64,000 nucleotides of DNA from an uncultured virus (IMG/VR IMGVR_UViG_3300049445_000078) (IMGVR_UViG_3300049445_000078); one strand, 5' to 3'. Shown: positions 35,621-45,081, counted from the stretch's first letter. The notes: a model not told the origin generated them from the sequence alone. Numbers and translations are program-made.

Positions 35621-36699
35621 GCCCGTTACCGCCGTTCTTTACGATAGGGCGGTCTGAGGCTACCAATGTATCTATTGCGATGCGGCATAGTTTATCTGGA
35701 TACCTCGGTGGCATTCCCCATGGTGGTTACTGGGTAGAACGGTTAGCATCCGAGTGGTGTGAGGCGTTTGGAGTCAAGCACTCGATACCGTGCAACTCGG
35801 CAACCAGCGGACTTTTGGCATCATGTCTAGCGATTGGAATTGGCCCAGGAGACTTAGTTTGGTGTCCAGGAAGCAGTATGTCTGCTACGGCTGCCTGTGC
35901 GAAGGTGTTAGGAGCACATATTGCGTTCATAGACATAGAGACGATTCGTTTCTCGATCAACATGAACAACTTCGGGAGTATCCGCCCGAAGGCTATTATT
36001 GTGACGAACTTATTTGGACATCCAGCCTATCTAAAGACCATGCGTTCCTGGTGCGACTCCAATAGAGTGTGGATGATTGAGGATAATGCGCAATCTCCTT
36101 TTGCCAAAGAAGGCGACCAGTATGCAGGAACCATCGGACACATCGGGGTCTTCAGCCTTAACGTTCATAAGCACATCCAAACAGGCGAAGGAGGCGTTAT
36201 TGTCACGAACGATGACGCTTTGGGGGATCGACTACGGGGCGCGATCAATCATGGAGAGTTGGGAAATTCTGGTCAGGCAGGGCTCAATCTCAGAATCACC
36301 GAGCCGATTGCGAGCATTGCTAGTGCTCAGTTAGACAAGGCCCCCGCTATTATGCGTGGACGCATTGCTCTGGCCCTCGAAGTCATCGATATGTTCGATC
36401 TCCCGTGGCTTATTGTACCACAACGTCCAGACTTGGGCTGCACCCATTCCTATTACATTGCCGCATTCAGAGTTATGGATGGCAAGAGACAGCAAATCCT
36501 CGATAGGCTGTGGAAGAGAAGTTTCCCGATGCGTAAGGGATACTCACCTACCTTGAATCGAGTCTTTGGCGGCAAGTCATGTCCTGTAGCCGAGAGACTT
36601 GAGGATGAGGAGTTAATGACGTTCGAGGTGTGCGCTTATGATCCATCCTCTTGGCATCTTAGACAGATGCGAGAGATAGCAAAGTGGGCTGTCGAATGA
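35599..36699 (+). CDS. DegT/DnrJ/EryC1/StrS aminotransferase (PseC-like)
   Basis: CNSATSGL, IEDNAQS and FSLNVHKHIQTGEGG motifs. Confidence 0.88.
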   Translation: MDETPTLGPLPPFFTIGRSEATNVSIAMRHSLSGYLGGIPHGGYWVERLASEWCEAFGVKHSIPCNSATSGLLASCLAIGIGPGDLVWCPGSSMSATAACAKVLGAHIAFIDIETIRFSINMNNFGSIRPKAIIVTNLFGHPAYLKTMRSWCDSNRVWMIEDNAQSPFAKEGDQYAGTIGHIGVFSLNVHKHIQTGEGGVIVTNDDALGDRLRGAINHGELGNSGQAGLNLRITEPIASIASAQLDKAPAIMRGRIALALEVIDMFDLPWLIVPQRPDLGCTHSYYIAAFRVMDGKRQQILDRLWKRSFPMRKGYSPTLNRVFGGKSCPVAERLEDEELMTFEVCAYDPSSWHLRQMREIAKWAVE

Positions 36700-37709
36700 C
36701 CTACTTTATCGCGGATATAGCGAGTAACCATGATGGCTCTCTCGATAGAGCCAAGGAACTTATCAAACTGTGTGCGGAATCCGGAGCGCATTGTGCCAAG
36801 TTCCAGCACTTCAAGGCGGAATCCATTGTCAGTGCCGAGGGCTTCAAGTCTCTCAAGATCGCTCATCAGGCCAAGTGGGAGAAGCCGGTCTTTGAAACCT
36901 ATCAGGATTATAGCCTGAATAGAGAGTGGAATTCGGTATTGGCAGAGACGGCTAATGGATGTGGCATCGACTTCATGACCACACCCTATGACTTTGAGGC
37001 GGTCGATCAGGTCTATGATCTGGTTCCTGGATACAAGATAGGCTCAGGGGACATCACCTATCTTCAGTTAATCGAATACATCGCCAAGAAGGGAAAGCCA
37101 GTCTATCTCGCTACTGGAGCCTCAACAATGGAAGAGGTAGAGCGAGCGGTTGAAGCTGTGCTTAAACATAACCCGCATCTATGCCTCTTGCAATGTAATA
37201 CCAACTATACGGGGGATGAGGAGAACTTCAAATATGTCAATCTTAACGTTCTGCATTCATATAGATTACATTGGCCTTCAGTCATTCTCGGCCTTAGCGA
37301 TCATACCCATGGGTCATCTACTGCGCTTGGTGCTGTTGCACTGGGGGCCAAAGTCATTGAAAAACATTTTACTGACGACGCAACAAGAATAGGTCCGGAT
37401 CACGCCTTTGCTATGGAACCACCAGAATGGAAGTCGATGGTTAAGGCGGTAAGAGAGTTAGAACTTGCAATGGGTGACGGGGTGAAGAGAGTTGAAGCCA
37501 ATGAGGCCGAATCTGTCATCGTGCAGAGACGGGCTCTCAGGCTTAAGACCGATCACGGGAAGGAGCAAATTCATGCGGAGGATATTGAGGCACTTCGCCC
37601 ATGCCCGGATGGAGCGTTAAACCCCTCTCAGCTTGACGATGTTGTTGGTCGAACTCTAACGCATGGCCTTCCGGCAGGACGAGAAATCTATCCAGAGAAT
37701 CTTTCTTAG
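36696..37709 (+). CDS. N-acetylneuraminate/pseudaminate synthase (NeuB/PseI family) with SAF domain
   Basis: IADIASNHDG, KFQ, YKIGSGD, GLSDHT, IEKHFT and GPDHAFAMEP motifs; start ATG 36696. Confidence 0.92.
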   Translation: MTYFIADIASNHDGSLDRAKELIKLCAESGAHCAKFQHFKAESIVSAEGFKSLKIAHQAKWEKPVFETYQDYSLNREWNSVLAETANGCGIDFMTTPYDFEAVDQVYDLVPGYKIGSGDITYLQLIEYIAKKGKPVYLATGASTMEEVERAVEAVLKHNPHLCLLQCNTNYTGDEENFKYVNLNVLHSYRLHWPSVILGLSDHTHGSSTALGAVALGAKVIEKHFTDDATRIGPDHAFAMEPPEWKSMVKAVRELELAMGDGVKRVEANEAESVIVQRRALRLKTDHGKEQIHAEDIEALRPCPDGALNPSQLDDVVGRTLTHGLPAGREIYPENLS

Positions 37710-40225
37710 TGGTGCGGAATCTTTCTAGGTCTCGTCGTGTGCTTCCCATCCATCAAGGTATGGCCCATGGTGATGGCGATGGAAGGCGAAGATACTGAAC
37801 CAAGCAATCCCATATACGCCTGATACTTCGGGACAGTGGCATAATTCGTCTGATAGATATTTTCTAGTAATCCCCACTGACTTTCATTGCCAGGCAAGGA
37901 AACATCAGCATAATGATTAACAACATCATTAAATCCATTAGCTACAAATTCACCAAAATAAGTCGTATATAACGTACCCATCTGGGTACTGCGATTTGCA
38001 GCAATGGAATAATTTGTCTGATCGGTATCGGGGTGCCCAAAATCAGAGAAAGTCTGTCCGCATTCATAAGACAATAGCCGTAAGCCAAAAGTGCTAGCTG
38101 GCCCGTAAGCAGCGGCTGCTGTTGATGCCCAATCCAAACCAGGATTGATATACCCTGTGCTAGGAGGGCCGGGCCATCCTGGAAACTGAATACGCCATCC
38201 GGGTGTACCTACCGAACCGGAAGCAGTGACAGAAGTAAACACAAATGGTGTTTTATAGCCGTTGCCTATAAATCCTTGTCCAATATAGTTTGCTGGTAGT
38301 GCGGTTCCCCACCTTTCTTGTAATGGAAATGCCGTTCCTCCATCAGCAGCAAGAGTAGCGTTTGCTCCATTTGTGACACCATTAAAGTCTATATAAATGA
38401 TTGTCTGATTTGGCGGTGTGGCTGGAAGGCTTTGCCCAGATGTAACGGTATAAGCCGTCGAAGTTCCTCCCGCTATGTGCGAGGTTGACGCCGACGTTGG
38501 AAGAAGGCCGCCAGAATTGTATTCCTGATAAAACTTTGCGATACCTCCATCGCTGTCCGCTGTCCAAGCATCAGGAAGTTGTTCACCACCATTCATATAT
38601 CCGCCGATGCAAACAGCATCGAAGTGCGTATAAGCCTGTCCAGTCCAATATGATGAATTTCCACCATAATCTGTAGCAAGTCTTGGCAACATTCCCTGCG
38701 TAGGGTCTGATAAATAGGAATCGTTTGAAGCCTGCCCACCCATAACACTTATGACGCGGCTACCTAGTGCTGACTTCCAAATAGCTTGGGCCTGAATAGA
38801 ACTATACAGACCATAAAGGAAAGCTGCGTTATTGTTGTTACCTGCTGCTGTAAAAAGCACATTTCCAAGGTTTGCATAAAATGGAGTTAGAAACGCAGCT
38901 TGTGACCAAACTTCATTGGACTTTTCAACATAGACTTTCAAGTTAGAATTTAGATTTGCCGATACGAGAGCCGACGCTGTTGTGTTCCAACTAGCGTCAG
39001 CCAACGGTGGGATGTTAATCCACATATCGGCATTTTGTTCATTGCAGAGCGCACACATAGCCTCGATAGGAGGTCCACCAAAACTATGCCCGGCTCTATT
39101 AACACCAAAACCAACACCTGTACCTGCCCACATTAAATAGTCTTTGGGAGTAATATCAGAACTTGTCAAAACAATCTGACCAACCCCCGTGAAAGTACCA
39201 GAACCCCCTGAGAATGTTATGGGTGAGCCACCTAAGGATGTAGCCACCTGAAATGAATTTGCTGTCAGGCTGGCCTGTAAAACATAGTAGGCTGTTCCGA
39301 TAGTCAGCGGCGTTGGAAGCGTGCCCCCCGAATCTGGTAAAAACATAACTGTTTGGTTTGCCGCAAAACTTGCACTTGACCAACTGACGGTAGTTCCTGA
39401 AAATGTCACGGCAGAATATAATATATCAATACTATAAGTATTTTGCATCTGCATAAAGCGGATGGGAGACAGGCCCTTAAATTTTGCCGTATAATCTATA
39501 TTCCACTGCTCACCAGCCGCAAGTTGTGTAAGATATTTAGTCTGACATAATTGGATGTTTCGCGCCCAATCTCCAAATCCAGTATGAGTTCCTGAACCCC
39601 CTGAAAAGGTAATTGGTGATCCACCAGCAGTCGTTGCTATCTGAAACGAATTTGCTCCAAGGCTTGCGGCCAGGACGTAATAAACTTGATTTATATTTAT
39701 TCCTGGTAGCGTCCCCGTTGTTTGAAAAGCAACAGGAGAATCCGCCGCGAAGCTGCTTCCAGACCATGAAACTGTAGTCCCAGAAAACGTAACAGTGGCG
39801 CTGATGCCCGTTGCACTTAAAGCAACCCCGATTCCGCTCGATGTTCCAGAAGCAGTAGGAGTTACGTTCAATGTTATCGGGCTTGATGAACTGGAAGCAG
39901 TTGCGTCTCTCGTTACTGTAAATGTGCCACGTCCCTGCCATTGAAGAGTCCACGAACCTGCGCCACCAGGAAAAAGATAGGTACCCAGGTCATTTAGAGC
40001 GACAAGAACCGTATAACTGGAACTTAACGATGCTCCATCCCGCGCAATAGAATTGCTTATAGGATAACCATTCGTATCAACATTAAGATTCCATTCTTCT
40101 CCTGTTGATCCGGCTCCAGTTGATACCGTAGAGCAAATCCAGAATGGGCATGTATTTAGGATATTCAGAGTGTACTGTGCCGAGCCCCCAAAGGGCTGCG
40201 TATTGATGCCAAACTTAAGTGTCAT
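37706..40225 (-). CDS. Glycoside-hydrolase-like TIM-barrel protein with inserted beta repeats (possible depolymerase)
   Basis: IRFM, MWINIP, YVEKSNEVW, YECGQ and WGLLE motifs; two copies of a ~72 aa repeat. Confidence 0.6.
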   Translation of the reverse strand: MTLKFGINTQPFGGSAQYTLNILNTCPFWICSTVSTGAGSTGEEWNLNVDTNGYPISNSIARDGASLSSSYTVLVALNDLGTYLFPGGAGSWTLQWQGRGTFTVTRDATASSSSSPITLNVTPTASGTSSGIGVALSATGISATVTFSGTTVSWSGSSFAADSPVAFQTTGTLPGININQVYYVLAASLGANSFQIATTAGGSPITFSGGSGTHTGFGDWARNIQLCQTKYLTQLAAGEQWNIDYTAKFKGLSPIRFMQMQNTYSIDILYSAVTFSGTTVSWSSASFAANQTVMFLPDSGGTLPTPLTIGTAYYVLQASLTANSFQVATSLGGSPITFSGGSGTFTGVGQIVLTSSDITPKDYLMWAGTGVGFGVNRAGHSFGGPPIEAMCALCNEQNADMWINIPPLADASWNTTASALVSANLNSNLKVYVEKSNEVWSQAAFLTPFYANLGNVLFTAAGNNNNAAFLYGLYSSIQAQAIWKSALGSRVISVMGGQASNDSYLSDPTQGMLPRLATDYGGNSSYWTGQAYTHFDAVCIGGYMNGGEQLPDAWTADSDGGIAKFYQEYNSGGLLPTSASTSHIAGGTSTAYTVTSGQSLPATPPNQTIIYIDFNGVTNGANATLAADGGTAFPLQERWGTALPANYIGQGFIGNGYKTPFVFTSVTASGSVGTPGWRIQFPGWPGPPSTGYINPGLDWASTAAAAYGPASTFGLRLLSYECGQTFSDFGHPDTDQTNYSIAANRSTQMGTLYTTYFGEFVANGFNDVVNHYADVSLPGNESQWGLLENIYQTNYATVPKYQAYMGLLGSVSSPSIAITMGHTLMDGKHTTRPRKIPHH

Positions 40226-40239
40226 GATTTCCCATAGCT

Positions 40240-41169
40240 TTAATAATGAAATCCTGCGCTTACGGAAATCATATATTGATTGATACGGTAAGAAAATCCT
40301 GAAGACCCGGTATCTCCAGGAGCAGTAAGTCCGGCACCAACAGCGGCAGCTTGCAGTGTATCGGCTGAAATGTTGCCAACACCGCCTTGCGCTCCGATTG
40401 TTAAAGTGCTTGTCGTTGGAACTGCTGCCGAAGCATCGGTAGTAGGGCTTCCAGCAACTTCAGTACCATTATGATAAAGATGCAAATTCCCTGATGCCGT
40501 TCTATTAGTAACCCATAGACCCTGACTATTTGAACCACTTAATGACGATATAACCGCAGAGTTCAATTCAAAAGCACACCCAGGAAGTGACATATATGGA
40601 ACTATGATTGCTGAATTTCCACCTCCCGAAATACCAATTGCACAAGTATTATCGGAAGAAACTCGCGCATTAGCAACCATTGCCATTAACGATGCGCTAT
40701 TGAGTGCATACACGCCACCAAAACTAGAAAGTATTATTCCGGTATCTAAAAAATTACTGTCTGACGGAACCCCGGTATATCCCGCTGTATTAGTCCACCT
40801 AGTTGTAAAGGCTACCGATCCGGTGGAATTAAATGTCCATGTCTGTGCGTGAACAAGATCATATTTACATTCTGTCCAGGCATTTCCCCCGCTATCGGCA
40901 ATGCACAATAACCATATCCGGTCAAAAACGGTTTGCAGGGTCGAGGAACCAAGCGAGAGGCCGAAGTCGGTTTTTATGCCTTTGATGAGGGTATCGACAT
41001 AGTTCTTTTGGGTCGTGGTGACTGTGAACGGGTTGGTGCCGTCAGCGGAGACGGCGGCGACCCAGGCGGTCGTTTCCGGTTCCAGACTTCCCCCGCCAGC
41101 AGGCACCACAAAGGATGTGTCGGTCGGCCCTATGACGTAGGGCCGCACTAGTATCCGAGTATCAGACAT
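40240..41169 (-). CDS. Lectin/LamG-like protein (paralog of 8883..9707)
   Basis: YALNSAS and NRTASGNLHLYHNG motifs. Confidence 0.55.
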   Translation of the reverse strand: MSDTRILVRPYVIGPTDTSFVVPAGGGSLEPETTAWVAAVSADGTNPFTVTTTQKNYVDTLIKGIKTDFGLSLGSSTLQTVFDRIWLLCIADSGGNAWTECKYDLVHAQTWTFNSTGSVAFTTRWTNTAGYTGVPSDSNFLDTGIILSSFGGVYALNSASLMAMVANARVSSDNTCAIGISGGGNSAIIVPYMSLPGCAFELNSAVISSLSGSNSQGLWVTNRTASGNLHLYHNGTEVAGSPTTDASAAVPTTSTLTIGAQGGVGNISADTLQAAAVGAGLTAPGDTGSSGFSYRINQYMISVSAGFHY

Positions 41170-41175
41170 TGGGAC

Positions 41176-41358
41176 TTACGAGGTAGAGGTCAGGGTCGCG
41201 GTATCTGAGGCGATGGTGGTGGTGGCCGAAGCAACAGCAGCAGCCGCCGCTTCAATGGCCGTGGTGTTGCCCTTGGACGCTTGCACTGCGGCATCGAGAG
41301 CCGCTACTGCCGCCGTGAGGTTTGCGATATTGGAATTGAGGTCGTCGATGGCTGCCAT
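41176..41358 (-). CDS. Small Ala/Thr-rich coiled-coil protein
   Basis: MAAIDDLNSNIANLTAAVAAL preceded by GGAG; the start could be further upstream. Confidence 0.5.
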   Translation of the reverse strand: MAAIDDLNSNIANLTAAVAALDAAVQASKGNTTAIEAAAAAVASATTTIASDTATLTSTS

Positions 41359-41441
41359 GATAAGCTCCAGAAGTTGCCGGTCGTTGTTATGAATGAACCG
41401 CATCGTATTCCATATACACGAAAATAGGGTATACTCAAACC

Positions 41442-41639
41442 ATGAAGTACGGAGAGAAGTCACCACCGATAGGACTTGTGCAGAACGTCGATGGCGTTCA
41501 TTTCCAGTGCGGGACCTGCGAGTTCTTCAAGGATGGGGAGTGCCTGAATCCGAATCCCAAGCTGCACAGGCTCAAGGTCCATCCGGAGTGGTGCTGCAAT
41601 CTCTATAAGCATCCGAAGATGAGGACTATTGTGGACTAG
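41442..41639 (+). CDS. Small Cys-rich protein with HiPIP-like spacing
   Basis: CGTCEFF...EC...VHPEWCCNLY. Confidence 0.5.
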   Translation: MKYGEKSPPIGLVQNVDGVHFQCGTCEFFKDGECLNPNPKLHRLKVHPEWCCNLYKHPKMRTIVD

Positions 41640-41719
41640 CAGCAGTTTCCGTGACCACTGAGAAGAAGGCCGATGGCTGCGGCCATGACTATGAGGTAAA
41701 GGAGAATCCACCCCTTCAT
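41636..41719 (-). CDS. 27-aa hydrophobic peptide (not in track)
   Basis: MKGWILLYLIVMAAAIGLLLSGHGNCC; TGATG coupling to the upstream ORF. Confidence 0.45.
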   Translation of the reverse strand: MKGWILLYLIVMAAAIGLLLSGHGNCC

Positions 41720-41829
41720 CAGTGCGGGGCGTGCAGAAACTGACCGATAAAGGCTAGGACATTACTAGCTATATAAAAGCCGATGCCAAAGAACAGGCCG
41801 AACAGGAAGTTCTCAATAGCCTTTTGCAT
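41719..41829 (-). CDS. 36-aa membrane peptide (not in track)
   Basis: MQKAIENFLFGLFFGIGFYIASNVLAFIGQFLHAPH; GGAGG RBS. Confidence 0.55.
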   Translation of the reverse strand: MQKAIENFLFGLFFGIGFYIASNVLAFIGQFLHAPH

Positions 41830-42192
41830 GACGCCCTCCATCATGTTAAGATGAACCTGCCTCAGGCCCTAAAGGTTCCGTCTCCCGCAACTTCTCCAGA
41901 ATGGCCTGTATTGCCCATTGGAGGTCCGCTATAGCCGTTTTGGAAGCCAAGACAGGATCATCCGACCTCCTCTTGCTAAACTCAACCAGTAGCTCCTGAT
42001 AGGTCATAGTCCCTCCTCACATCGAATAGCCTCTAGTTCCTGAACATACTCATCTCTAGGAGCATCCCAAGCAGTCCAGCAAGGACGACAATAACTCCAA
42101 CCCCGGTGGCCACCTGAACCTCTAATCCCATGGGGATATTTGACCTCAACCCAGTCAGTCCCACCACACTTCCTGCATATGCCAAAGTGCAT

Positions 42193-42516
42193 CTAAAACC
42201 CCTGATTAGACTTTGCAGCTTCGGCCTTCCTGCGATACCATGTTGTCCGGCTCATCTTCAGCCCTACCCACGGCTTCTGAGCCTCTATCGTCGGACTCTG
42301 ACTTCCAATTCGGGGCCTCCCACGCCTTCCCACAGATGTCGCAATAGCCTCCTGAGTGGCCACATTCGAAGACATAGATTTTGAAGGTGGTGGCCCCACA
42401 GCCAGAACAGAGGGCCTGGGCTCTGACGTTTTCGAAGTAAGGATCGAGGGCCGCGTCGCGTAACGTATTGCGCTCAATGCCCTTGCTGCCTGCTCCTTCG
42501 GTCCTACCTTTCCCAT
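42193..42516 (-). CDS. Small DNA-binding protein (AT-hook plus HTH-like tail)
   Basis: RRGRPR and KPWVGLKMSRTTWYRR motifs; GGAGG upstream. Confidence 0.6.
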   Translation of the reverse strand: MGKVGPKEQAARALSAIRYATRPSILTSKTSEPRPSVLAVGPPPSKSMSSNVATQEAIATSVGRRGRPRIGSQSPTIEAQKPWVGLKMSRTTWYRRKAEAAKSNQGF

Positions 42517-42624
42517 TATCCATAGTACCTCCTAGTTGGTACTTTTATGACATAATATTGGTACTAGTGTCAATGGATTTTTCTTTGTAGTTTTTAGGTC
42601 CCGTTATCTGAAACCGAGGAGATC

Positions 42625-42639
42625 GTTCTCAATCTGTTC
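42625..42639. promoter_or_regulatory. Candidate alphaproteobacterial LexA box
   Basis: GTTC-tcaatct-GTTC in intergenic DNA. Confidence 0.5.
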
Positions 42640-42898
42640 TTAGGGTCCCAGTTTCATTTTAGATATATTTTTTGAGCTAAGGGGTTGAAAGCAGAGAAAA
42701 ATTTCACCGTGACTCCGATCCTATTAGCGGGCTCTCCCCTAGACTTGCGGACCCAGTTTCCCGTTTCATTCACCATTCGTACTCGATCCGTTCTCCTGGC
42801 GCTCGCACGCATGGCAGTGCAACACGCACGCGACATGTTATGCAAGCCATTGATATTACAATGGATAGATAGCGACTGAGGGATGCGCCATCCGCAGG

Positions 42899-43423
42899 TC
42901 AGTTAACGGCATCCGAGGCAGGATCGGCCTCGGCTAGGTCTTGCGCTGCAAGCTGGTGCTCGCCTGCGTCAATCAAAAGCCGGGCTAGGTCTGCGCGCTG
43001 CTCAGGTGTCAACGCATTAATAATCTCGTTCTCGCTCTCAGCGTCGCTGAAGTCACCCACTTGTCCGGTCTCTAAGCGTTCACGCAATAGACCGACGATC
43101 TTTGCTTGTGAATCTGCTGCTTTTACAACGCTATCAGGCTTTTCCTGCGCCTTTGCCATATCGAGTGCGAATTGATAGTCGCTCAATATCTTGTCGATTG
43201 TGATATCTGCTCTCTTCATGGCTTGGCGCTCCAGTTCAATACGCCTTTGGATCACGTTAGGCTTTGTTAGGAGTTGCGATGCACAAACGCGGGCTGTCGA
43301 GGTAGGATGGCAATGGGGATAAACCCGCCTGTAAGCCTCTGCGCCGCAGCCGGTCTTGACGTATTCCCGTGCGAATCGTTCGTGGCGTATGTTACGCAGT
43401 GCTGCCATTGCGTTAGGATACAA
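42899..43423 (-). CDS. terS: Terminase small subunit
   Basis: HERFAREYV...GAEAYRRVY...ASQLLTKPNV...ITIDKIL pattern. Confidence 0.8.
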   Translation of the reverse strand: MYPNAMAALRNIRHERFAREYVKTGCGAEAYRRVYPHCHPTSTARVCASQLLTKPNVIQRRIELERQAMKRADITIDKILSDYQFALDMAKAQEKPDSVVKAADSQAKIVGLLRERLETGQVGDFSDAESENEIINALTPEQRADLARLLIDAGEHQLAAQDLAEADPASDAVN

Positions 43424-43451
43424 AAGAAAAGAGCCCCAGTAAAGGGGCTCT
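43424..43451 (-). terminator. Rho-independent terminator
   Basis: agagcccc/ggggctct stem followed by a U-tract on the minus strand. Confidence 0.7.
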
Positions 43452-43475
43452 ATGATGCATAGCTATTTAATCCGG

Positions 43476-43685
43476 TTAGGCTTGCCTGAAAAATGGCCCT
43501 TTCACTTCGCCACCAAGTGAATGACAATAACTTATTGCCTCGGATTCTGTCTTGGCACAATCAACCGGACCGCGAGCGCCAACGGGGTAATAAAACGTCT
43601 TGAATGAAAATGGCGCATAATCAAGCAGCTTTTCGCGTGAGCTAACTGTGATTCCCCAGTGCCCATATTCCATTGTGACTACCAT
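43476..43685 (-). CDS. Early hypothetical protein
   Basis: GGAGG RBS within the conserved start motif; promoter upstream and terminator downstream. Confidence 0.6.
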   Translation of the reverse strand: MVVTMEYGHWGITVSSREKLLDYAPFSFKTFYYPVGARGPVDCAKTESEAISYCHSLGGEVKGPFFRQA

Positions 43686-43724
43686 AGTGACCTCCAAGGG
43701 TTCGAATTACGATAACGCCAATAA

Positions 43725-43765
43725 ATCATACCTTTCTATCATTGTAAAGTGAACGTATGCAGAAC
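43725..43765 (-). promoter_or_regulatory. Sigma70-like promoter overlapped by a LexA box
   Basis: TTCACT-N17-TATGAT on the minus strand; GAAC-gtatgca-GAAC at 43751-43765. Confidence 0.65.
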
Positions 43766-43784
43766 ATACAAAAATATTTGAGGC

Positions 43785-43813
43785 AAAGAAAAAGGGGCAA
43801 ATCAACGCCCCTT
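43785..43813 (-). terminator. Rho-independent terminator
   Basis: aaggggc/gcccctt stem with a U-tract on the minus strand. Confidence 0.65.
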
Positions 43814-43836
43814 GATCTCAAGGCCTGCCAATAGAC

Positions 43837-44277
43837 TTAGGCTGTGGCTTGTTCCTTTCTGATATCGTCTGATTCCATTAAAGCAACCTTATACAAGCGG
43901 CACAAGTGCGAGACTTCATCCACACTGCAAGAGCAATTATCACCATAACCGTCGCAAGCCTCAGACCATACACCGTCGCAGTCATCGGGCATTAACGAGA
44001 CGGCAGCATGTAATTTCCACCGCTTCGAGAGGCCAGCCATACTATGCAATTCGGCCCGATACGCGGCATAAGCCGGACGATTCTTGTGGCTTTCCGCTTG
44101 CTTGCTTTGCGCGGCCTCAAAAGCCTCTTGTGGACTAACGCCAGCCTTTAACTTACCACCAAGTTTCCAGCCAAAGCCAGCGTTTTTAAGTACTACTCCA
44201 TCGCTCATATAACGCTTTGCTGACTTGAGGAAATAAACCGTTCCGATTTCTGCGCCGTGTGCTGATACTTTCGCCAT
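43837..44277 (-). CDS. Early hypothetical protein
   Basis: 146 aa; AGGAGG RBS; flanked by a promoter and a terminator. Confidence 0.7.
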   Translation of the reverse strand: MAKVSAHGAEIGTVYFLKSAKRYMSDGVVLKNAGFGWKLGGKLKAGVSPQEAFEAAQSKQAESHKNRPAYAAYRAELHSMAGLSKRWKLHAAVSLMPDDCDGVWSEACDGYGDNCSCSVDEVSHLCRLYKVALMESDDIRKEQATA

Positions 44278-44317
44278 TGCGGCCTCCTGGGCTCTTGCGT
44301 TGAACTATCACCTATAA

Positions 44318-44358
44318 ATCATAGCTAAATCATCATGTAAAGTGAACACAACGGGAAC
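44318..44358 (-). promoter_or_regulatory. Sigma70-like promoter overlapped by a LexA box
   Basis: TTCACT-N17-TATGAT on the minus strand; GAAC-acaacgg-GAAC at 44344-44358. Confidence 0.65.
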
Positions 44359-44421
44359 ATACATATTTATTTTAATGCAGAAAGCAATAATATTACCCAC
44401 ATTCCGCTTGCATCTATCCCG

Positions 44422-44436
44422 GAACTATGTCAGAAC
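44422..44436 (+). promoter_or_regulatory. LexA box in the divergent promoter region
   Basis: GAAC-tatgtca-GAAC just downstream of TTGCAT. Confidence 0.6.
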
Positions 44437-44474
44437 ATATTCACAGTCAATCGAGCCCAAAAGCAGAGGCCAAC

Positions 44475-44633
44475 ATGGACAACGGAACACTCCGCCCCGA
44501 TTTCACAAAGTACAATCTTGTGAATATCGAAACCGGCAAGATTGAATCCGCCAATCTCTTCTACCAAGCCGCCCAGTCAGAACGCAATATCTTGTGGGCG
44601 CGCAAGATCAAGACTAAACTAGTTCAAGTTTAA
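44475..44633 (+). CDS. Early small protein
   Basis: GAGG RBS within the conserved start motif. Confidence 0.55.
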   Translation: MDNGTLRPDFTKYNLVNIETGKIESANLFYQAAQSERNILWARKIKTKLVQV

Positions 44634-44660
44634 CCACAATCGAGCCCATAGGAGGCCAAG

Positions 44661-44819
44661 ATGGAATTTGTTTACAGCACACATAAAACATGGTCAGACG
44701 CCCGCGCCGCGTTGGACAATTACCTAGCAAGCGGCGAGGTTTTTGAGTGTGAATTTAGTGGTATTCGCCGCCGCACTACAAACAACGGATTCCGCTTTGA
44801 CGTAATGTTGAAAGCCTAG
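44661..44819 (+). CDS. Early small protein (not in track)
   Basis: AGGAGG RBS; MEFVYSTHKTWSDARAALDNY... Confidence 0.55.
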   Translation: MEFVYSTHKTWSDARAALDNYLASGEVFECEFSGIRRRTTNNGFRFDVMLKA

Positions 44820-44892
44820 ATTGCCTTGCATTATGCCGCTTAGACAATAGGCGGCATATTAGAAGGCACACTGAACCCGATGGAGGTCAAAA

Positions 44893-45081
44893 ATGACACA
44901 CACATTCAAGATCAAGGGCAACCAAGATAAGGGTTATTGGCTAGTCGATACCGATACATTCAACAATTGGGGAACAATCACGCAAAACGGTACTGGGTTT
45001 AAGTTCCGCACTAGAGACGAGGCCGACGATTTCGCATGGCGCTGCCATAATTTTAAGACAGGGCAAAGCATGACGGTTTGA
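44893..45081 (+). CDS. Early small protein
   Basis: GGAGG RBS within the conserved start motif. Confidence 0.6.
   Translation: MTHTFKIKGNQDKGYWLVDTDTFNNWGTITQNGTGFKFRTRDEADDFAWRCHNFKTGQSMTV

Noticed and set aside
29298..37709. Sugar operon as host chromosomal flank or contamination
   Set aside because: It is flanked by phage genes on both sides, interleaved with tiny phage-type ORFs, and overlaps the convergent neighbouring gene.
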